Origin: Eledone cirrhosa
Lineage: Eukaryota
Direction: 5' to 3'
Assembly: GCA_964016885.1 (NCBI GenBank)
Contig: OZ024745.1
Coordinates: 26,598,001 to 26,662,000 of the forward strand
DNA length: 64,000 bases
The position numbers were made by a program, and so were the translations under genes. The notes beneath the pieces are model-generated. The model was given only the letters and a program-made list of their open reading frames with translations, ran no database searches and was not told the origin of the DNA. Within the stretch, counting starts at the first letter, position 1. The number at the start of each line of letters is the position of its first letter. Below, in pieces: positions 1-14,325 of the stretch.

Positions 1-774
1 CAATGCAAGGCGGTACATTAGTGGAATTGTTAGAGTGTCGGGTAAAATGCATTCAGGTATTTGCTCGGTCTCTTTTTGTTGAGTAATCAAAGTGGAGACA
101 TGACATAATGTTTTTAGTTGAATAGATTCATTCCAAAGGGACACGGAGGAAGATTTGGGTTTTAGGGGTTTTAAACCGATTAACCGATTAAGTTTACCAA
201 CCAAGAACAGGAACTATCCCTTTCCGAAAATGTACAAAACAGTTCCTGTTAACTTGTTTTCACTCATTTGACTGAACTGTTGCTCTGGTGGATGACACTT
301 GACTAAGAAGTTATGCGTGTGGTTAGAACCGGGAACCACGTATATTCGAAGAATACTTCTTTAACTCAGAACCATTCCCGCAAAGATCATTCCGCATTTC
401 TTGGCCCAATCACCTTCAATAAAATATAAACATTTTATAACAATGACCAGCAACATTCTGATTCATTCATTGCAAACAACCACGCAAAAGCAGGAAAAAG
501 AAACATGAAAATAAAACGCTCAGTACAAAATATTGCGCTCCAGTATGGCCAGATTTCTCAATTATTTGTACCATCAAAGGAATATGGATACTTGTATATA
601 ATGATTTCCATTTATCGTTAGGTATGATACTTCTTTTGTAACGGAGAAGGTTTACAGTTATATTTGATTCAAATTTAAAGGTTTATTGATAAAAACAATG
701 GGATTCATTTTCGAAATTTCCCCACAAAGTGAGAGAATCTACAGTGAATATTAACCCCAGTAATAAGAACCAAC

Positions 775-975
775 GAGGTTGTCTTTATTCGGTTGTTCAC
801 TATGCTAGAAATATAGGCAATACTCCCTCAAATCTCTCCCTGTGGTCTTAAAAAAGGATATTATAGTAATAGATATAACGCTTGAAGAAAAAAGGGATAT
901 GATTGTCACACCGGGAACGCCATAGAGTATAGGTCTGTTCAATGAAGGTTGACCTCGGGTTAAACACTAACAACA
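775..975 (+). repeat. Old dispersed repeat (SINE-like); related copies at ~18490-18850 (minus, split by a younger SINE), ~27800-27960 and ~28140-28280
   Basis: Shared diverged motifs such as 'tgctagaaat..ctccctcaaatc..gtcttaaaaaaggat' recur at these positions. Confidence 0.45.
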
Positions 976-1716
976 CTATTTTTCTTCATATAACAAATCT
1001 TTACGTCATTTCCATTTCCTTCCTCTTACTCCAGATCTAACTCTATGTTTCCGCTTCATATTTTTCGCCACTTATTTATTTCCTTATTTCATACAACATC
1101 GTATATCCACAACTTCCGTCAACTTCCGTCATTACTCCCCCTTCATTTTTTATTTGTTCATCTTTATATTTACCTTTTTATCGTTTTCTGCTTCTTCTCG
1201 CTTTTGCTTTCTACTCTACATCCACCACTTCCACCATCTCCTTCGTCTTCATTTTCGTATTTCCATTCTTCTTCTTTTTCCTCCATACCTCATTTCTCCC
1301 CCGATCCTCTTGTTGCAACACTTAACTCTTCATTAATAACCCCCTTTTCTTCCACATTCTTTCCCACCCCTCAATCTATTCCTTCCCCTTATCTCTGCAC
1401 TTCGATGTACCTCAAGATCATCTGTTCAGACAATACAATAAGCTCTCTATGTTTGTTTATCATCGCCAACAAAATTTCATTCTATTAATTCTGGCACGTA
1501 CACTTACAGCGTCAAACACGTACAAACAAACAAGCATGTACACATATACATGATCATGCATGTACACATAAATATTCATACATACACATTCATACATACA
1601 TAACATACATACTAAAAATATGCGCCCATATTAGCATATTAGACAAACACACACTAACAATTACACACCGTTAGGCAAATATCTCAGATACATTCATATA
1701 TATATATGTGTGTGTG

Positions 1717-1799
<83 letters not shown>

Positions 1800-2146
1800 G
1801 TATGTATACATATGTATACATACATATATAGGATATCACAAAAGTTATTATCTATTTTTGGTGCACTCATGCACTCACTGATATTCAAAATAGATAGTTT
1901 CTATTGTCATACCCTGTATATATATATATGTAAGTATGCATATATTTGCATACATACATACATAAGATAGCCCCGACGATAAACACATTAAAAGCTACAG
2001 TTATGTGGAAGACATACACATACATAATATGAAAGAGCACTGGTGGAATGTTCCACCAAAACCCCAATAAAATGCAAACATAACAGACCAGATATAATGA
2101 TATGGGACAGGGAAATGAAGGCATGCACAGTAGAAGTTAGCTGCCC

Positions 2147-2499
2147 AGTAATACAGTATTATATATTTTCAACAGTAATACTGTACTGTACTATATATTT
2201 TCAACAGTAATACTACACTATATATTTTCAACAGTAATACTATACTATATATTTTCAACAGTAATACTATACTATATATTTTCAACAGTAATACTGTACT
2301 GTACTATATATTTTCAACAGTAATACTATACTATATATTTTCAACGGTAATACTATACTATATATTTTCAACAGTAATACTATACTATATATATTTTCAA
2401 CGGTCATACTATACTATATATATTTTCAACAGTAATACTATACTATATATTTTCAACGGTAATACTATACTATATATTTTCAACAGTAATACTATACTA
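2147..2499. repeat. Minisatellite, ~29-34 bp unit (tttcaacagtaatactatactatatat), about 11-12 copies
   Basis: Direct tandem repetition is visible in the sequence. Confidence 0.95.
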
Positions 2500-2634
2500 C
2501 ACAGACGGCTTATCGTCTGTTTATTCAAGCGAAGCTAGGTACGTCAGCTATGTATGTATATCTGGATGCCGTGGAATACCCCAATGGTAGTCGGGCACCA
2601 GCCGGACGGGCCAGCTAGTATATATATATATATC

Positions 2635-2682
2635 GAGTACTCTGGTGTGTTATGGTCCACCTAGTTCCTTACCTCACTTCCT

Positions 2683-2686
<4 letters not shown>
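2635..2686 (+). mobile_element. Short terminal stub of the same family as the insert at 14325-14484, embedded in (TA)n
   Basis: gagtactctggtgtgttatggtccacctagttccttacctcacttccttcg matches the reverse complement of 14325-14377. Confidence 0.75.
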
Positions 2687-2747
<61 letters not shown>

Positions 2748-3009
2748 GCGCATCCTTTATACACACATACGTATATTATTACGTTTATCGAGAGAAGATG
2801 CATTACTTCCGATAGGTAGACACGGTTTCAAATATATCTATTTATTGATTTATTGACTTATCTCTATCATATAAACATTTAACTAAATCGCCAACAATTC
2901 TGTTTATCATCAAAGACATACATACCTGAAGTAACGAAGGAGATTTTTCCTGGTCACTCGATCCACTAGAGATAACAGCTAATTTTCCTTCATATCGCCG
3001 AAGCCAGAG

Positions 3010-3104
<95 letters not shown>

Positions 3105-3284
3105 ATGAGTGAATGAATGAAAGAAAAAATAAATTAAAAATAAATAAAGAAAAGCGGAAGTAATTAAAGTAATTAAATAAATAACGGCGGAAATATCATG
3201 TGTACCATCTTCATACTATTGAAGAAAGAGAGAGAGTCGAGGAGGGGGGGGGTGGAAGGGAGATAGATAGGTAGATAGATAGAT

Positions 3285-3850
3285 ATATTTCTTTATTTGC
3301 CACAAGGGCGCACAAGAAAAGGGGACAATACAAAGACACTTGCCGGGGATTTTACATACAGTCGTGTAAAAATATTGAAACAAACAATTATAACAATCGA
3401 AATCCCCAATAGGGGGGAGGCGCCACAAATGGGTTGTTTAGTACCCCGTTGATAGAACAACCCTCAACTTCAGGAGCGTGTTGTGCAAGTGCTCCCTTCT
3501 TCCTTTTACTCTCTTCTTTAACCTACAGGTTTATAAACAGAGAAGGCCCAATCACTCGGGCCATTTTCGCTTCATTCACCCATCTTTCAGTAAATTTACT
3601 GGGGTGCAGTAGCTCTCTCTCCACTCTGATTCTCCTTCTAAAATGGTACATAAAGAAGGGAAACAATTGTTGTCAGGACAGAAAGGCATCTGTCCTCAGT
3701 CCTCTCAATCTCGTCCACCATATAACCTCTTTCACCATAGCCACTATACAGAGGAAAACCGCCTCTCTTTCGTTTTTGAAAGCGGCTGGCGGTTTGATCC
3801 TTACGATGGGTTTGTCCCATACGCGACAGAAGTTGTTCTGCATAGTTCCA
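3285..3850 (-). mobile_element. 3' end of an L1/Tx1-like non-LTR retrotransposon (ORF2 C-terminus plus 3' UTR), 5'-truncated
   Basis: Minus-strand translation gives AVFLCIVAMVKEVIWWTRLRG..RRRIRVERE..FTERW, the K-x2-IW-x2-R C-terminal pattern of Tx1/L1. The 3' UTR ends in AATAAA followed by an (ATCT)n tract. Confidence 0.65.
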
Positions 3851-4165
3851 TAGATAGATAGAGAGAGAGAGGTAGAGGGGGGATTATATATATAGAGAGA
3901 GAGCGAGAGGGGGGTGGAGAGTCGAGGAGAGGGAGATAAATAAATAGATAGAGAGAGATAGAGAGAGAGAGAGGGGGGGAGAGAGAGAGTCGAGGAGAGG
4001 GAGGGCGGAAGGGAGATAGATAGATAGATAGAGAGAGAGAAGGAGAGTCGAGGAGATGGAGGGCGGAGCGGAGAGAGAGAGAGAGTGAGTGTGAAGAAAT
4101 ATAGTACAATTTTTCATGAAATGTATCATGGTTAAATTCATCTATTTGAGAAATACCTGTCTATC

Positions 4166-4990
4166 ATCATTACCTCCACCACCACCACCACTACTATCTT
4201 GAACATCACCACCACCACCACCACCACCACTACTATCTTGAACATCACCACCACCACCACCACCACCACCACTACTATCTTGAACATCACCACCACCACC
4301 ACCACCACTACTATCTTGAACATCACCACCTCCACCACCACCACCACCACCACTACTATCTTGAACATCACCACCACCACCACCACTACTATCTTGAACA
4401 TCACCACCACCACTACTATCTTGAACATCACCACCTCCACCACCACCACCACTAATATCATGAATATCACCACCTCCACCACCACCACCACTACTAGCAT
4501 GAACACAACCTCCACCACCACCAACACCACCACCAACACCACCACCACCACCACCACCACTTCTACCACCACCACCACCACCACCACCTCTACCACCACC
4601 ACCATCACTACCACCACCAACAACAACAACAACACCACCACCAACACCACCAACACCACCACCACCACCACTACCACCACCACCACCACCAGCACCACCA
4701 CCACCTCCCCCACCTCGACCACCACCACTACTAGCATGAACACAACCTCCACCACCACCACCAACACCACCAGCAACACCACCACCTCTACCACCACCAC
4801 CACCGCTACCACCACCACCACCACCATCACTACCACCACCACCAACAACAACAACAACACCACCACCACCTCTACCACCACCAACACCACCAACACCACC
4901 ACCACCAACAACAACAACACCACCACCAACACCACCACCACCTCTACCACCACCACCACCACCACCACCACTTCCACCACTACCACATAT
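4166..4990. repeat. (ACC)n low-complexity array with a periodic 'actactatcttgaacatc' spacer
   Basis: Trinucleotide repeat visible directly. The poly-Thr and poly-Val ORFs follow from its composition. Confidence 0.9.
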
Positions 4991-5482
4991 GCTATGTCTA
5001 CCACTATCAATATTTACGACGCTATAATTACGATGATATTTACGATGAAGATGAAGTTGCCGCTAGAATAAAACTGTAGCGTTTTTGTTAATTCATAATT
5101 TAGAGGAAGTTAATGTAGAAAGGCATGTGTCGACAGTGGCTTTACTGTAAAGGGGAGACAATGCTGGATGACTATTTGAAATCACTCAGTTGTACTACGA
5201 GGTAAACTGATATTAAGCAAGAACGTATTTTCGTTTAGTGTCTTGCCGTTTAACTATATCTCACCATCACACATATTTTTACGGGGTCTTTCAACTCCAC
5301 CCTCCATTCCTTTACAACCTATCTCCATCTTCCTTTCTCTGTATATATACGTATTTATAATATAAATACACAGAGACGCGCGCACGCACACATGCACACA
5401 CACACACACACACACAGACACTCACTCTCTCTCACACACACACGCACACACTCACACACACATATATTATATACATATTATA

Positions 5483-5529
<47 letters not shown>

Positions 5530-5548
5530 ATATATATATATGTGTGTA

Positions 5549-5618
<70 letters not shown>

Positions 5619-5825
5619 TATAATATATAATATATATATATATATATTAATAATAACAATATTTATACTTATGTATGTTTAATATAAAATTATAAATATG
5701 GAGGGTAGTACTAAGTACTAGCCAGTTACCGGTAGGACAAAAGGCTCAATGCAAATTATCAAGTGTTTTACAGAGCCGAGATACAAAGTGTTAAAACAAT
5801 CAAATCTTAGTTTAATACATTTATT

Positions 5826-5872
5826 TGCTGACAGTTGTTTCTTCCGGAGGAATGTCTGGTTTCATCGGAGCA
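5826..5872 (-). ncRNA. Degenerate hammerhead ribozyme in the PLE 3' UTR
   Basis: Minus strand reads tgct-CCGATGA-aacc..ggaa-GAAA-C-aact-G-TC-agca. The CUGA core is mutated to CCGA. Confidence 0.55.
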
Positions 5873-6982
5873 TAGGGAATGTCTAAACAGGTGATTAAAA
5901 TCCTAGTCATTCAGAACATTTAGGTAGATACGTAAGTGTTGTTAGTGTCCTAGACATCATGTAGAGAATCAGGTGTTAAAAAGATGTTATGCTTGAGAGA
6001 ACACAATTACAAGGAGCACTGGTTGAAAGTGTAAGAAGTACAAGCAAAAAGTACAGGCAAAAAAAGTTACAAGCAAGGAAAAATGTAAGATAGGATAGAC
6101 ATAAGATGTAAGATATCTTAGCATTGGATATCAGGTAATGTTTATAACTAGATAGGGTTATGTGTATGAGAATGTATACAAATATAAATACATTCAGATT
6201 GTGCTGAGAGAGTTGAAGTTTTTTATGACAAGATAGGGAATTGTATAATATATATTGGAGTAATTGGTGTTATATACACAGTTGTCTGCTATTTAGTTAG
6301 TGTTATATATTGGTGTGGCTTTTTAATTAAGGTGTAGTTCTATATTTACGAACATCTAATTGGATAAATTTAAAGGTGGTGGTCTAGTATTATCTCCGAC
6401 ATTGGTTTTTATTTTTATTATTATTATTATTATTAGTTAGTAGGTTTGAAGCAGTGGAAAGAGAATCTATGGTAATGTGGACACGTGGAGAAGATCTCTG
6501 ATTTCCTATTTAGCAGGCTAAGATTAGAATGAATAATAGTTATAGACTCGAGGATGCAAGGGTTACAAAATTTGTTCGGTGGTCTATATGAAGGAGCTTT
6601 AGCTATAACTTCCCATTTTAAGGTGTACGGTATATTACTTGATTTTAATGAGTGTATGTATGTAGATAGTCAGGTTACATTGTTATGTCTAGGGTTTCTG
6701 AACGAATAAAGGTGCGAATTATATCTGGTCTTAAATCTATTCGATGTTGAAGCTATATATATTTTCGAGATATGATTAGCAATAACAGTACAGGAGTAGA
6801 TAATGTCTTTAATAAGGCAGTTCTTACTTAATGGGCATGTCCTGTTAGGTCTACAATTACAATTGTTTTGGTAACTAGTATACTGATTAAGTATTGGGTA
6901 TGCATTTGAGTGGTGGTTTCTGTTTCTACTTCTAGTATTAGGATTATGGTAAGTATTATTATCATTATTATTGGTATTATCA

Positions 6983-7170
6983 GTGGTGGATTGGCAGTAT
7001 CGGTAGAAGGTCGGACGCCATGCTTTACAGCAAAGAGTTACGGCCCTTTATGGTCTGAGTTTAAATCCCGCCGAGGTTAACTTTACCTTTCATCTTTACG
7101 GGGTCGATAAAATAAAGTACCCGTAATACACTGGGATAATTGCTGGCCTTGTGCCAAAAGTAGAAACAAT
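6983..7170 (+). mobile_element. tRNA-derived CORE-type SINE (octopus OR-like) with target-site duplication
   Basis: A-box-like tggcagtatcgg, B-box-like gagtttaaatccc, body 'tttcatctttacggggtcgataaaataaagtacc'. TSD tattattggtattat on both sides. Confidence 0.9.
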
Positions 7171-8259
7171 TATTATTGGTATTATTAATATTACTTGCAG
7201 TATAGTCCTGTACTGTGTTATTGTTAAGGTTATTTCTATGCTGGACATTATTACCTTGGTGGAATCTGAAGTACTTTTTAATCTTTCTCTTGTTGGTGCT
7301 GCCTATATGGTCTGCGATGTTAGGTGTGGTGGAGTAGGAGATTTTAATGGTATGTTTGTTAAATAGGTTGTGGTATTTATGGTTAATTGGGAAATTTTTG
7401 TCTAAAATAGAGAAGAAAGCTTTAGGTATGTTTGTTGAGACATTTAAGTTGAACGGATGATTAAAAGATGTGTTACTTCTTCTATTCTTCTTATGATTGT
7501 TATTTATATTATTGTTTTGTGTGGTGTTAGGTACCTTATTATTTATATTTTTCTTTCTGTGGTTTTTCCTAGGATTATTGTTGTGGTGTGAGTTAACATT
7601 TTTTATACCCTCTGTATAGGAGCCGGGATTTTCAACACTATGATTATATTTAATTTTATTCATGGCCATGTTGTGTGAAATTATATTAGATTGTCTATGG
7701 GTGGTTGACGATTTAGGTTTAAATTTAATTACATCTCTATGACCCGAACGAGCTAAGGCTTCATTATAGTATTGGGAGTTACGGTTAAACGTAGTCTTGT
7801 TGTAAGAAAGACTAGAAATTCTATTAGATACCCCTTTAATGTTTGAGGTCATAGAGATTTAGGGTGGTTAGAGTTGGTATTAACATAGAAAAGTTTTTCA
7901 TTAGGTTTATTATAACGTGTATATTTTTTAGAGTCTAAGTAGAGTGTAACTTCAAGGAAGTTGGTGTTTTTATCTAAAGTGATACCTAGGTTGAAGTTTT
8001 TAAATATTTTATGTAATTGTTTTCTAGTTCTTTCTATATTAAATTTTTTTTTTAATCTAAGAGGAAAAGTGCGTCATCTCGATAAAGACCACCGTTAAGG
8101 TAAGATAAATTCTTATATATATACATATTAGAAAGTGAACAACACAAAATATAACTACTCCATTACCAATGGGTTCTGGATCACAGACGATAATAATATA
8201 CGTCTGTATCGGAATTACCTAAAACATATATATATAAATATATATATATATATATTTAT

Positions 8260-8975
8260 AGCAAGTTGCTTCTCTCCAATTTGAGCTTATTGCTGTAGGT
8301 ATATTGTATACCTGGAAAAAATGTTGGTCTTGGCTCCTTTATACACCCTGATCCTGTCTCTCGGGTGGTAGCCAAAGAACTTCATGCGGTGGATTGTAGT
8401 GTCGTATGTGTCTCTAATTCTTTAGGATTGCACATGAGGGTCACATTCCTCATCCCTCTTACTAAGTCCGCAATTAGTATGTTAATTTTCATGTTATCTG
8501 AAATTGCTGAGTTTCGATTGTTAAGGTACTTGGAGGCCATGGGTTTGGCAAAATGCGAATGGAGGATTTGTGTTTTATTATTAATAGTTTCTAACCAGAA
8601 TTCTGTCTAGTTCGGGTAATCTATGGTTGGGGTGTTTGATTGTGTAGTCTATGGTAACTTTAATACTCTGGTAGATGGAGTCAGCTATTTTCTGGATGCT
8701 TTCTACGGTGTTCTTTTGTAATTTCTGACTGTTCTCCTGTGGGTATGGTTTCACTACGATGTTGATGCCATCTATGTAGCGAGAGTACATAGTCAGGGTT
8801 ATACAATTCTCATATAAGCGTTATTTAATTCTCCTGTCCAACCATAGCATAAAGAGGTTAGCTACATCACCGGCTATGCTGACACCAATGGTCGTCCCTG
8901 TCTCCTGAGCATATGTTTTATCATTGAACTTAAACATATGTTCCTTAAGGGTTAATCTTATAGTGGCCCGCACCG
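8260..8975 (-). pseudogene. Reverse transcriptase and thumb fragment of a third Penelope-like lineage
   Basis: FKFNDKTYAQETGTTIGVSIAGDVANLFM, YSRYIDG (YxDD-like), RLPELD, then KPMASKY..SA..KINILIADLVR..RN. Contains stops and frameshifts. Confidence 0.75.
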
Positions 8976-9526
8976 CATGTGGGTTGACGGTAGGTCTAAA
9001 CATGAAATTTACAGCTCACACCTTTAAATGTTTAAGTGAACATCTACACGGTTGCAGATCATAAAAGTTTTCTTGGATCTTTTAATAATAGGGGCCTCTA
9101 CTCCTATCATGATGAGCAACATGAAATGCCTTGCTCAAAACCACAACATGGTAGCAAGTTAATGACCCTAAACCAACCTTATCAATTCCACAGCCTAAAA
9201 TCATATGCCATGCAACTTGCCCGCAGAAAGTATTGAATACATTTTAATACATTTAAATACAAGGAAAGGAGAGCTTAAAGGAGCTGTGTGCTAATTCACA
9301 GAGTAAATAGACAAGCAATTATGTATTATGGGACATTCAAGTAATAGTTGTAGTTTTTTTTTTCGAAGAGGAAATCATATTAAAATTATATCCCAGCCCC
9401 CAATCGACCACACAGACACACACACATACACACACATACACACACATACACACACATACACACACATGCACAAACACATAACACAAAAACCAAGTTTACG
9501 GTTTCATAATTGCATTACTATTAACC

Positions 9527-9622
<96 letters not shown>

Positions 9623-9713
9623 AGTGTATCAAACTAGACAAACTGAGTTTGTGCTAGTACTTTGAACTTTTATATATATATACATGCATATATATAGATA
9701 TAGATATATACAC

Positions 9714-9748
<35 letters not shown>

Positions 9749-9807
9749 TATATACACATATATATATATATATACACATGTATATATATAGGTATATGTA
9801 GGTATAT

Positions 9808-9900
<93 letters not shown>

Positions 9901-9954
9901 TAAAAAAATAATGAATAAAACAATGAAACAGTTCCTTATATTAAACAAAAAAAG

Positions 9955-10108
9955 TTCATTATTTAACGATCGTTTCTAGGATATATATGTGTTAGAATTG
10001 GCATGCATATTCAACAGATCTATGTACAAAATTATACAAAATTATACAAACTATCAAAATTAAATATACATACCAACACATATATATGCCGTCTTCAGAA
10101 ATAATGAA
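9955..10108 (-). ncRNA. Type-I hammerhead ribozyme with ~115-nt stem II
   Basis: ttcattattt-CTGAAGA-[catatatatgtgttgg...ctaacacatatatat]-GAAA-C-GATC-G-TT-aaataatgaa. Perfect 10-bp stem I, palindromic loop III, GUU cleavage triplet. Confidence 0.8.
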
Positions 10109-10701
10109 ATATATTTATTGATAATAACAACAATTCAAAATTACAGGTCTGTTTGGGAACAGAGTTCAAATTGACCAATGAAAATACAAAAAGTTTATAC
10201 AGTTAGGTGTGTGTATATATATGTAAGTAACTTCGTTCACAGTTATGCATAAAGATATATGTTCACATGCATACGCATGCCAAAAAGATGTATGTAAATA
10301 CAAAAATTCAAGGCTAATGTCTCTGTAAGTCTATAATCTACAGATAAAATACGCACACACATATATAAATATAAAATAAATATATACACAGATTCATATA
10401 CTCACACATATACGTACATTCACACACACACGCGCGTATACGCATAAAACATACACACAACCACGAACATACATACACACACACACACCCACACATATAT
10501 ATGTGTATATACTATTATCATAAGCATATAGACATTAATGCGCGCACATAAACACTGCCACACATATTTAGATCCAGATACAGAAAGTGGGTGGGGGGAG
10601 AGAGGTCAGTATTCACCGGTGTCAGCAGACTGCCTATTTATAAATGTATCTATAAATTTAGAGATAAAAAGAAAAGAAAAAGAAAAAAGAAATATATCAA
10701 G

Positions 10702-10788
<87 letters not shown>

Positions 10789-10853
10789 ATATATATAAAC
10801 AAGTAAAATATAAAATATACATCGATATACATACATATACATATATATATATA

Positions 10854-11462
10854 TGGTGGCTGCCAACTCGTTTTCGAGTACGGCCACTACTTTATATCCA
10901 TGTAGGAGAACCCCTACTGATGCGCTGAACGAGTGTGACTTTTTAGTCCAGCCAGCGACTTGAAAGCTCTGGTACAAACACTACACTTGTGACAATTATT
11001 GACACATAGTGCTGGGCCCATGGTACCATGTGACGACAAATGCAGAGAGATCTCCAGATATAAAGCAATGCCTGTGCCGTGAAGCTTTTATAGTGAGCAA
11101 AGGCACTGCACAAAGCCAGTCCCACTCTCTTAACCAAGATGATATTTACCAAAAAGAAGAACAAGTCAACATCATTGGATACCATCAGGGTTGCAGGTGT
11201 TATATCAGAGTTTTCCTTCTCCTAGAATTCTGCCTTGACAAAGGCTAAGGGGTCATCTCTCCCGGTGATTTTGGATGGCCATTGACTCTTAAGAGCTCCT
11301 TTGCCTTTTGACAGATTTTGTTTTTAGTCCTGCAGGATGTCCAAAGTCACCCTCCTCACCAAGAAACCTTGGTGGGGTTGCCAGTTTAGTCGCCAACGAC
11401 CCGACCATGGGACAGGTTGTACTGGAATACATGTTACCAGTAGCACCAACTGGTGACCTGAC
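10854..11462 (-). mobile_element. Non-autonomous RTE-related element; second partial copy at 15666-16041
   Basis: About 375 bp are near-identical to 15666-16041. The minus strand has 'ctggcaaccccacc' and 'ctaggagaaggaaaactctga', which resemble RTE 5' UTRs. Confidence 0.6.
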
Positions 11463-11721
11463 ATATATACACATATATACACATATACATACATACATAT
11501 ACATACATATACATACACATATACATAAACACATACATACACATACATATACATACACACACCATATAAATACACATACACATACACACACGCATACATA
11601 TAGAGACACATACATATACACATATAAATACATAGACATATACACATATACACACATATATATATATATACACACACACACATGCATACATATATATATA
11701 TACATTCACAACACACATACA

Positions 11722-11782
<61 letters not shown>

Positions 11783-11886
11783 GCACATCTACACACATAT
11801 ATAAACACACTCATGTATATACACACATACACATACATACCCACATATAAATATATATATATATATACATACACATACACACACAC

Positions 11887-11933
<47 letters not shown>

Positions 11934-12011
11934 TATATACACACATACACACACACACATACACATACACATATATAAAGATATATATACACACACACAC
12001 ACATATAATAA

Positions 12012-12068
<57 letters not shown>

Positions 12069-12619
12069 TATAGAGACATATATATACTCACACACACATA
12101 CACACATACATATACGCATATATACACATACATACACATCCATGTATGCGTATATACATACAAACACCACCACACGCTCACCCAACTCAGACATACATAA
12201 ATAAAGGGATATACATACACATATATACATATATAAATAGAGATACATATACACATATAAATATATACACACGTACACACACAAATACACATACATACAC
12301 ACATACATATATATACACACACACATACACATATACACATATATACATATATATACATACACATATATACACACATATATATACACACATATATATACAT
12401 ATATACATACACATACATATATATATAAAAAAATAAAGAAATAAAATAAATAAATAAATAAATTAATTAATACACACAGTCAGACAAATATGCACAGATG
12501 TACATATACACATATATATAAATACATACACACATTTATATACACATACATATATATATATATACACACACACATACACATATATATACACACATACACA
12601 CATCAACTACAAATATATT

Positions 12620-12651
<32 letters not shown>

Positions 12652-12652
12652 G

Positions 12653-12685
<33 letters not shown>

Positions 12686-13222
12686 CACATATACATGCGC
12701 ACATACGTACATATATACACATACACACATATACACATAGACACATACATGTGCATACATATACATACACACATCTACCCACACTGTTTATGTGCGCGCA
12801 TTAATGTCCATATGCTTATGATAATAGTATATACACATATATATGTGGGGGGGGGGGTGTATGTTCGTGGTTGTGTGTATGTTTTATGCGTATACGCGCG
12901 TGTGTGTGTGAATGTACGTATATGTGTGAGTATATGAATCTGTGTATATATTTATTTTATATTTATATATGTGTGTGCGTATTTTATCTGTAGATTATAG
13001 ACTTACAGAGACATTAGCCTTGAATTTTTGTATTTACATACATCTTTTTGGCATGCGTATGCATGTGAACATATATCTTTATGCATATCTGTGAACGAAG
13101 TTACTTACATATATATACACACACCTAACCGTATAAACTTTTTGTATTTTCATTGGTCAATTTGAACTCTGTTCCCAAACAGACCTGTAATTTTGAATTG
13201 TTGTTATTATCAATAAATATAT

Positions 13223-13376
13223 TTCATTATTTCTGAAGACGGCATATATATGTGTTGGTATGTATATTTAATTTTGATAGTTTGTATAATTTTGTATAAT
13301 TTTGTACATAGATCTGTTGAATATGCATGCCAATTCTAACACATATATATCCTAGAAACGATCCTTAGATAATGAA
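13223..13376 (+). ncRNA. Hammerhead ribozyme, right-arm copy with stem III/stem I substitutions
   Basis: ttcattattt-CTGAAGA...GAAA-cgatcctt-agataatgaa. It mirrors 9955-10108 with two changes near the cleavage site. Confidence 0.65.
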
Positions 13377-13959
13377 CTTTTTTTGTTTAATATAAGGAAC
13401 TGTTTCATTGTTTTATTCATTATTTTTTTAATATTTTATCTTGACTCTGTATTCCGTTTATCTTTCACCGAAAGTGATTTTTCATTGCATCTCTTCTTTC
13501 CATGATATCCGGATTACATTGAGTTCTTCATACGGATTGGACACTACCGTAAACTCTTGGTAGATTTATCTACATATATATATATATATATATATATGAA
13601 TGTATATATAGTGTATTTTGCAACACACTGTATGCTTAATTAAAAGCATTTTGAAGACCATTAGCTTTTAATAATCTATTATACAGAGAGGGAAAAGCGA
13701 TGGAGAGAGTAAAGCAGTTAAATTATAGAGAGGAGGAATGATCTATTATAGAGAGAGGGAATAGCGACGGAGAGAGCGTTATGACTATGTTTGTTGTTGT
13801 ATAAAATGATGTGTTGTTTAGTTTTCAAAGTTTATGTCGCGTTCCTGAAGGAAGTTTTGTCGATGTTGGGTAGTAAAGAGAGTGAATAAGCGTGTAAGAG
13901 AGAGGGTTACAGCATGTATTTAGTTTTATCGATTTTTTTTCATAGAAGCAGGAAATTTT

Positions 13960-14074
13960 TGGCAAAAACAATTACGCGTTGGTAAATTTGGAGCACATTG
14001 GGAAATCATCAAAATCGGTAGAGAAATGTGGAAATGCATAAAAATCACACACACACACAGACAGACATCTTCCG

Positions 14075-14085
<11 letters not shown>
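13960..14085 (-). mobile_element. Probable 5' part of a non-autonomous Helitron-like element
   Basis: Minus strand tatataaaaaacggaagatgtctgtctgtgtgtg..ccgattttgatga resembles the start of the 51675 element. Confidence 0.45.
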
Positions 14086-14157
<72 letters not shown>

Positions 14158-14231
14158 AATATGTGTGTGTGTGTGTGTGTATATACATACATACACATAT
14201 ATATATATACATATTATGTATGTATGTATAC

Positions 14232-14263
<32 letters not shown>

Positions 14264-14267
14264 ATGT

Positions 14268-14324
<57 letters not shown>

Positions 14325-14325
<1 letters not shown>

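Larger units (their letters stand above)
5700..8125 (-). mobile_element. Decayed 5'-truncated Penelope-like element, Naiad-type (RT C-half, GIY-YIG endonuclease, 3' UTR), interrupted by a SINE
   Basis: Minus-strand GGLYRDDA (~8070-8095), NFLEVTL, YVNTNSNHP and KISYSTTPNI. Further on: CNCRPNRTCPLSKNCLIKDIIY..KIYIAST..FKTRY..LKWEVIAKAPSY..CNPC..LLNRKSE..CPH, ending ~6436. Frameshifts and a stop are present. It is collinear with the 57.9-60.0 kb ORF. Confidence 0.9.
9892..13572. mobile_element. Non-coding element with ~660-bp inverted arms (9892-10554 / 12785-13439), a ~130-bp right extension, an HHR in each arm and (TA)n flanks
   Basis: The arms are near-identical reverse complements. The interior is microsatellite plus an RTE-related insert. 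Confidence 0.85.

Noticed and set aside
2147-2499. CRISPR-like periodic ~30-bp repeats
   Set aside because: There are no unique spacers or cas genes and the context is eukaryotic. It is a plain minisatellite.
4199-5071. Mucin-like NITTTT repeat ORF (290 aa)
   Set aside because: There is no signal peptide or splice evidence, and the opposite strand is equally open. A mucin exon cannot be fully excluded without RNA data.
6983-7075. SINE heads as tRNA genes
   Set aside because: The A/B boxes are fused to a common SINE body and tail and do not form a full cloverleaf.
11375-11462. Possible HDV-like ribozyme at the 5' end of the RTE-related element (minus)
   Set aside because: P2-like, P4-like and CTAA pieces exist, but I could not build P1 and P3 with correct spacing.
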